DNA of 64,000 bases from Marsupella aquatica. Its lineage: Eukaryota; Plantae; Marchantiophyta. Position numbers and translations under genes: made by a program. Of the stretch, positions 61,301-64,000 are shown piece by piece. Where the stretch lies: the NCBI GenBank assembly GCA_973895155.1, contig OZ316897.1, forward strand, positions 23,163,455 through 23,227,454. Direction: 5' to 3'. The notes below the pieces were generated by a model. That model made no database searches. It was not told where the DNA came from and saw nothing but the letters and a program-made list of their open reading frames with translations. Numbering within the stretch: the stretch's first letter is position 1; every line of letters starts with the position of its first letter.

Positions 61301-64000
61301 CACTCAAGAATGATTTCGATGTGGCTAGCAAAATACGCCTTCCCGCCAATGTACAGCATCTTCCTTCGTCGCTCCATCTCTTCATGGAATTTCTTAGCGA
61401 AGTACGACGCCCATTTCCTAGGTCGATAGTTCTCGACCTGGATAACCTGGGCGGCGGAGATCTCCCCCCGGGGTTCCATCATGTGGAGAGCGTACCTCTG
61501 GAACTCCAGCCGCTCAGCTATCTCGGGCATGAGGCAGGTCCTCATCACGAACCCGTTGTCTACTGATCCCTCTGAGGGAAAACTTGAAGATTGGTACTTG
61601 GCCCCCTTGCCCCCGGGAGCCCGTGATTCGACTCGATGGTCACCTTCGGGTAACCCGAAGATCATCTTGAGCCGTTCTTCTGTGAGGGACATATTCCTTC
61701 CCCGCAGCCGAGTCTGTTGACGTACGTCGTCATAATTCTTGACGAATTCTGTCATGTCCTCCCCGTAGTACCTGCAAGTGTTCCAGGGGAGAGAGGTGAG
61801 GTGCTCAAATCCCTGAGTCTTCAGGTACACCGCATGCTTGGGATGGAGGATGTTGCTATGAACGTTTTCTCCCATGCGATGCATCGTCACCTTGGCTACG
61901 GCTACCGTGGCCAACGGTAACCCGGACGCAGTGGCGGATTCCTTCCTCTTCTTTCCCCGTGACTGACTCGGGGAAGGTGATACTTCCCCATCCTCCCGAT
62001 CGGGCCTGGGGAGTGCCACTACGGTTGGTAACGGGCCCGGGGCGGCCACGATCACTATGTTGTCTGCTGGGGCCGCTCTTGGGGTCAGAGCAGGGGGTGG
62101 GGACGATATAGTGTCGGCCCCCCGAGCGCTTGTTCCTCTGGGCCGCCTGGTCAAGGGTGGGGTAGCCTCGTCGTCATCGCTAAGATCCACAGCGTTGATG
62201 ACGGAGCGTACCTGTGCTGGCTAGGTGATAGGTGGTGGGGTTTGGCTAGGCTGCGGCTGAGGCTGAGGCTAAAGCTGAAGCTGAGGTTGAGGCTGGGGTT
62301 GCATGGGCACGGGTACGGGTACGGGTACGGGCCCGACTGAGTTGGTCATGTTGGTTGATGGCCGAGTTCCCATGAAGCTCTGCAAGTGCTGGTAGAAGTT
62401 CTCCGAAGCGAGTGCGGACGCCCTTGTCGAACGGTTGGTACTGGACTCGCCGTTAATGACAGCCCGAACCTGGGCAGGGATGTGGTCGAAGTGATGTCGC
62501 TGCAGGTCGATTGTACCCGGGATATTGAAGACCTCGTCCGGAAGCCGAAGCAATGCTTCCCAGAACCCGATATATTTGTCTCCGTTGAAGAAGTACCCAG
62601 ATACCTCAGCTGGTCGGTAAAGCTCGCTCTGAGACGGGTAGTCAAAGTTAAGGACGTAGTGGTGTCGTCCTGCTAGGCGGATGGCTCTCTCGTATTCGCG
62701 TTCGATCTCGTATCGGCGCGGGTTGGCGTGTTTCAATGAATCGGCCAAGTGCCTTCCGGTAGATAGGAACTGCGTCCAGAATCGAATGGCCGAGCTGGAG
62801 AGGATCGTGTGCGACATTCAGAGGAGATAGTAGTGGCGACCTAGAGAGAACGAGAGAGTTGGGGTCGAAGCTGGCGCGCGGACTGATGGACTGGTGCACT
62901 ACAAAGGGTTGGCTCCCCTTTTATACTTTGAGGGCTTGTCAATCCCCGACGTCTCCTCGACGCCCATAGGTTGAACCGCTCACGCTTGTGGTGTACCGGC
63001 CACTCCGTCGGTCTGAGTCAGCGTGCGTCAGTGGCCGCTTCCTTGAGTTCGTTATACGGACCCGAGGGAGGGGCCCCTCCACGCTCGTAATCCGGGTGTG
63101 CGAATAGCGACCCGCCGCCAGCCTGAACCTGAAGTCCCCCTTATTGCCTAATGATGTCCTACCCCTAATGATTACCTAAATACTGTCGTTATGCTAATAA
63201 TAGCGGCCTAAGACCCACCTAACGCGCATGCCGAGCGCAGTTAGACTGAATCACTCATTAACCGCCGTACCGGCGGCGTCACATGGTGGAATCACAATAC
63301 TTTCCCAATTTCCATAGGGGAGTAATTACTTTGGTTCGGTGGTGGATTGATTCAACAAAACTACTTGCAAACGGGAAATTTTTGTCGGACATTTTGGTTG
63401 AAGGTTCAGAGAGGATGGAGACGGTGGATAGGGATGATCTCTATCCAAATGTAAATGATAGGGGAATGCCGCGCACAAGGCCATACAATTTCAACAAGAG
63501 GACTCATGTAGATCCGATTGAAAAGAAGAGAAGGTTGTTGGAAACCAAAGCAGTTTCAAAAACAACGGAAGCTTCGATTGATGAAATTAAAAGAGAGAAT
63601 TGTTGCAAGCAGAAATGTTGTCTGACTATGCCAAGAGAAGACATAGACGATATCCGGATAGAATTTCACGGGATGTCTAGCGAGTCAAAAACATCACACA
63701 TTTTCAACCTCTTCCACTACAGAGAAGATGATGTTCGTGATAAGGGGCAACATGTTCTCAAGGGTATGGTCGTATGTAGACATGCATTTGCAATCATCCA
63801 TGGCTTTAGCCACACGAAATATTATGATTACAAAAGGAGATATGTGGAGGGTTGCAAAATTGGGTTCCATGGAAACACGGGCTCCATGAAAACAAGGTCA
63901 AATACCTTGCATGCACGAGCTCTGTTGGAGGATTTTTTGACTCGAAATGCAGAGCCCATGCCTCATATACCTTATGCTGGGGCTCATGGGACAAACTCCA
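58384..64000 (+). CDS. DNA transposase-like gene (three Tnp1/En/Spm-like beta domains + Sola-like N-terminal region), interrupted by the solo LTR at 59260-63283; runs off the window
   Basis: Removing the LTR and one TSD restores the frame (..KDVV|ESQYF..), open to 64000. Motifs CCKQKCC, VCRHAFAIIHGFS, HGNTG, ARALLEDFLTRNAEPMP; three VA.G..LG....V.V..V repeats; acceptor at 58366. Confidence 0.6.
60157..62817 (-). pseudogene. LTR-encoded gene, 887 codons in one frame with three TAG stops
   Basis: ORFs 62269-62817, 60403-62190 and 60157-60396 are in one frame; stops at 62269, 62221 and 60403 lie in Gln-compatible contexts (CAG>TAG); homologous to ORFs 45383-49134. Confidence 0.8.
62918..62925 (-). 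promoter_or_regulatory. TATA box of the LTR-internal gene
   Basis: TATAAAAG ~100 nt upstream of the ATG at 62817; conserved in the copy at ~23879-23886. Confidence 0.55.

Larger units (their letters stand above)
59260..63283 (-). mobile_element. Giant (4024 bp) solo LTR containing a gene
   Basis: Ends TGTCACG..CGTCACA; perfect 5-bp TSD TGGTG at 59255-59259 and 63284-63288; no internal terminal direct repeats; no gag/pol. Confidence 0.85.

Overview
Eukaryotic, intron-containing land-plant DNA, most likely a moss (inferred from the PPR-DYW repeat style and TE content). Host genes: an 11-exon (in-window) methionine S-methyltransferase (MMT; 5' end outside the window), a multi-exon mitochondrial ATP10 gene and a PLS-E-DYW RNA-editing factor. 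A ~2 kb 5' module is duplicated in front of both ATP10 and the PPR-DYW gene, and a decayed HSP60 copy lies between that module and ATP10. A Crinkler-like REase+kinase pseudogene is broken only by TAG/TGA stops. Much of the rest is nested TEs (Copia, CACTA, SINE-like, Gypsy). Two systems stand out. (1) Giant 4.0-4.7 kb LTRs carry a conserved protein-coding gene inside the LTR: one solo LTR with TG..CA ends and a 5-bp TSD, one 5' LTR followed by PBS+gag, plus decayed copies. (2) A large DNA transposon has a ParB/Srx-like gene and a divergent transposase-like gene, flanked and interrupted by roughly 45 copies of a 21-25 bp palindrome, reminiscent of ParB/parS. All calls come from manual reading and recalled family motifs; no searches were run.
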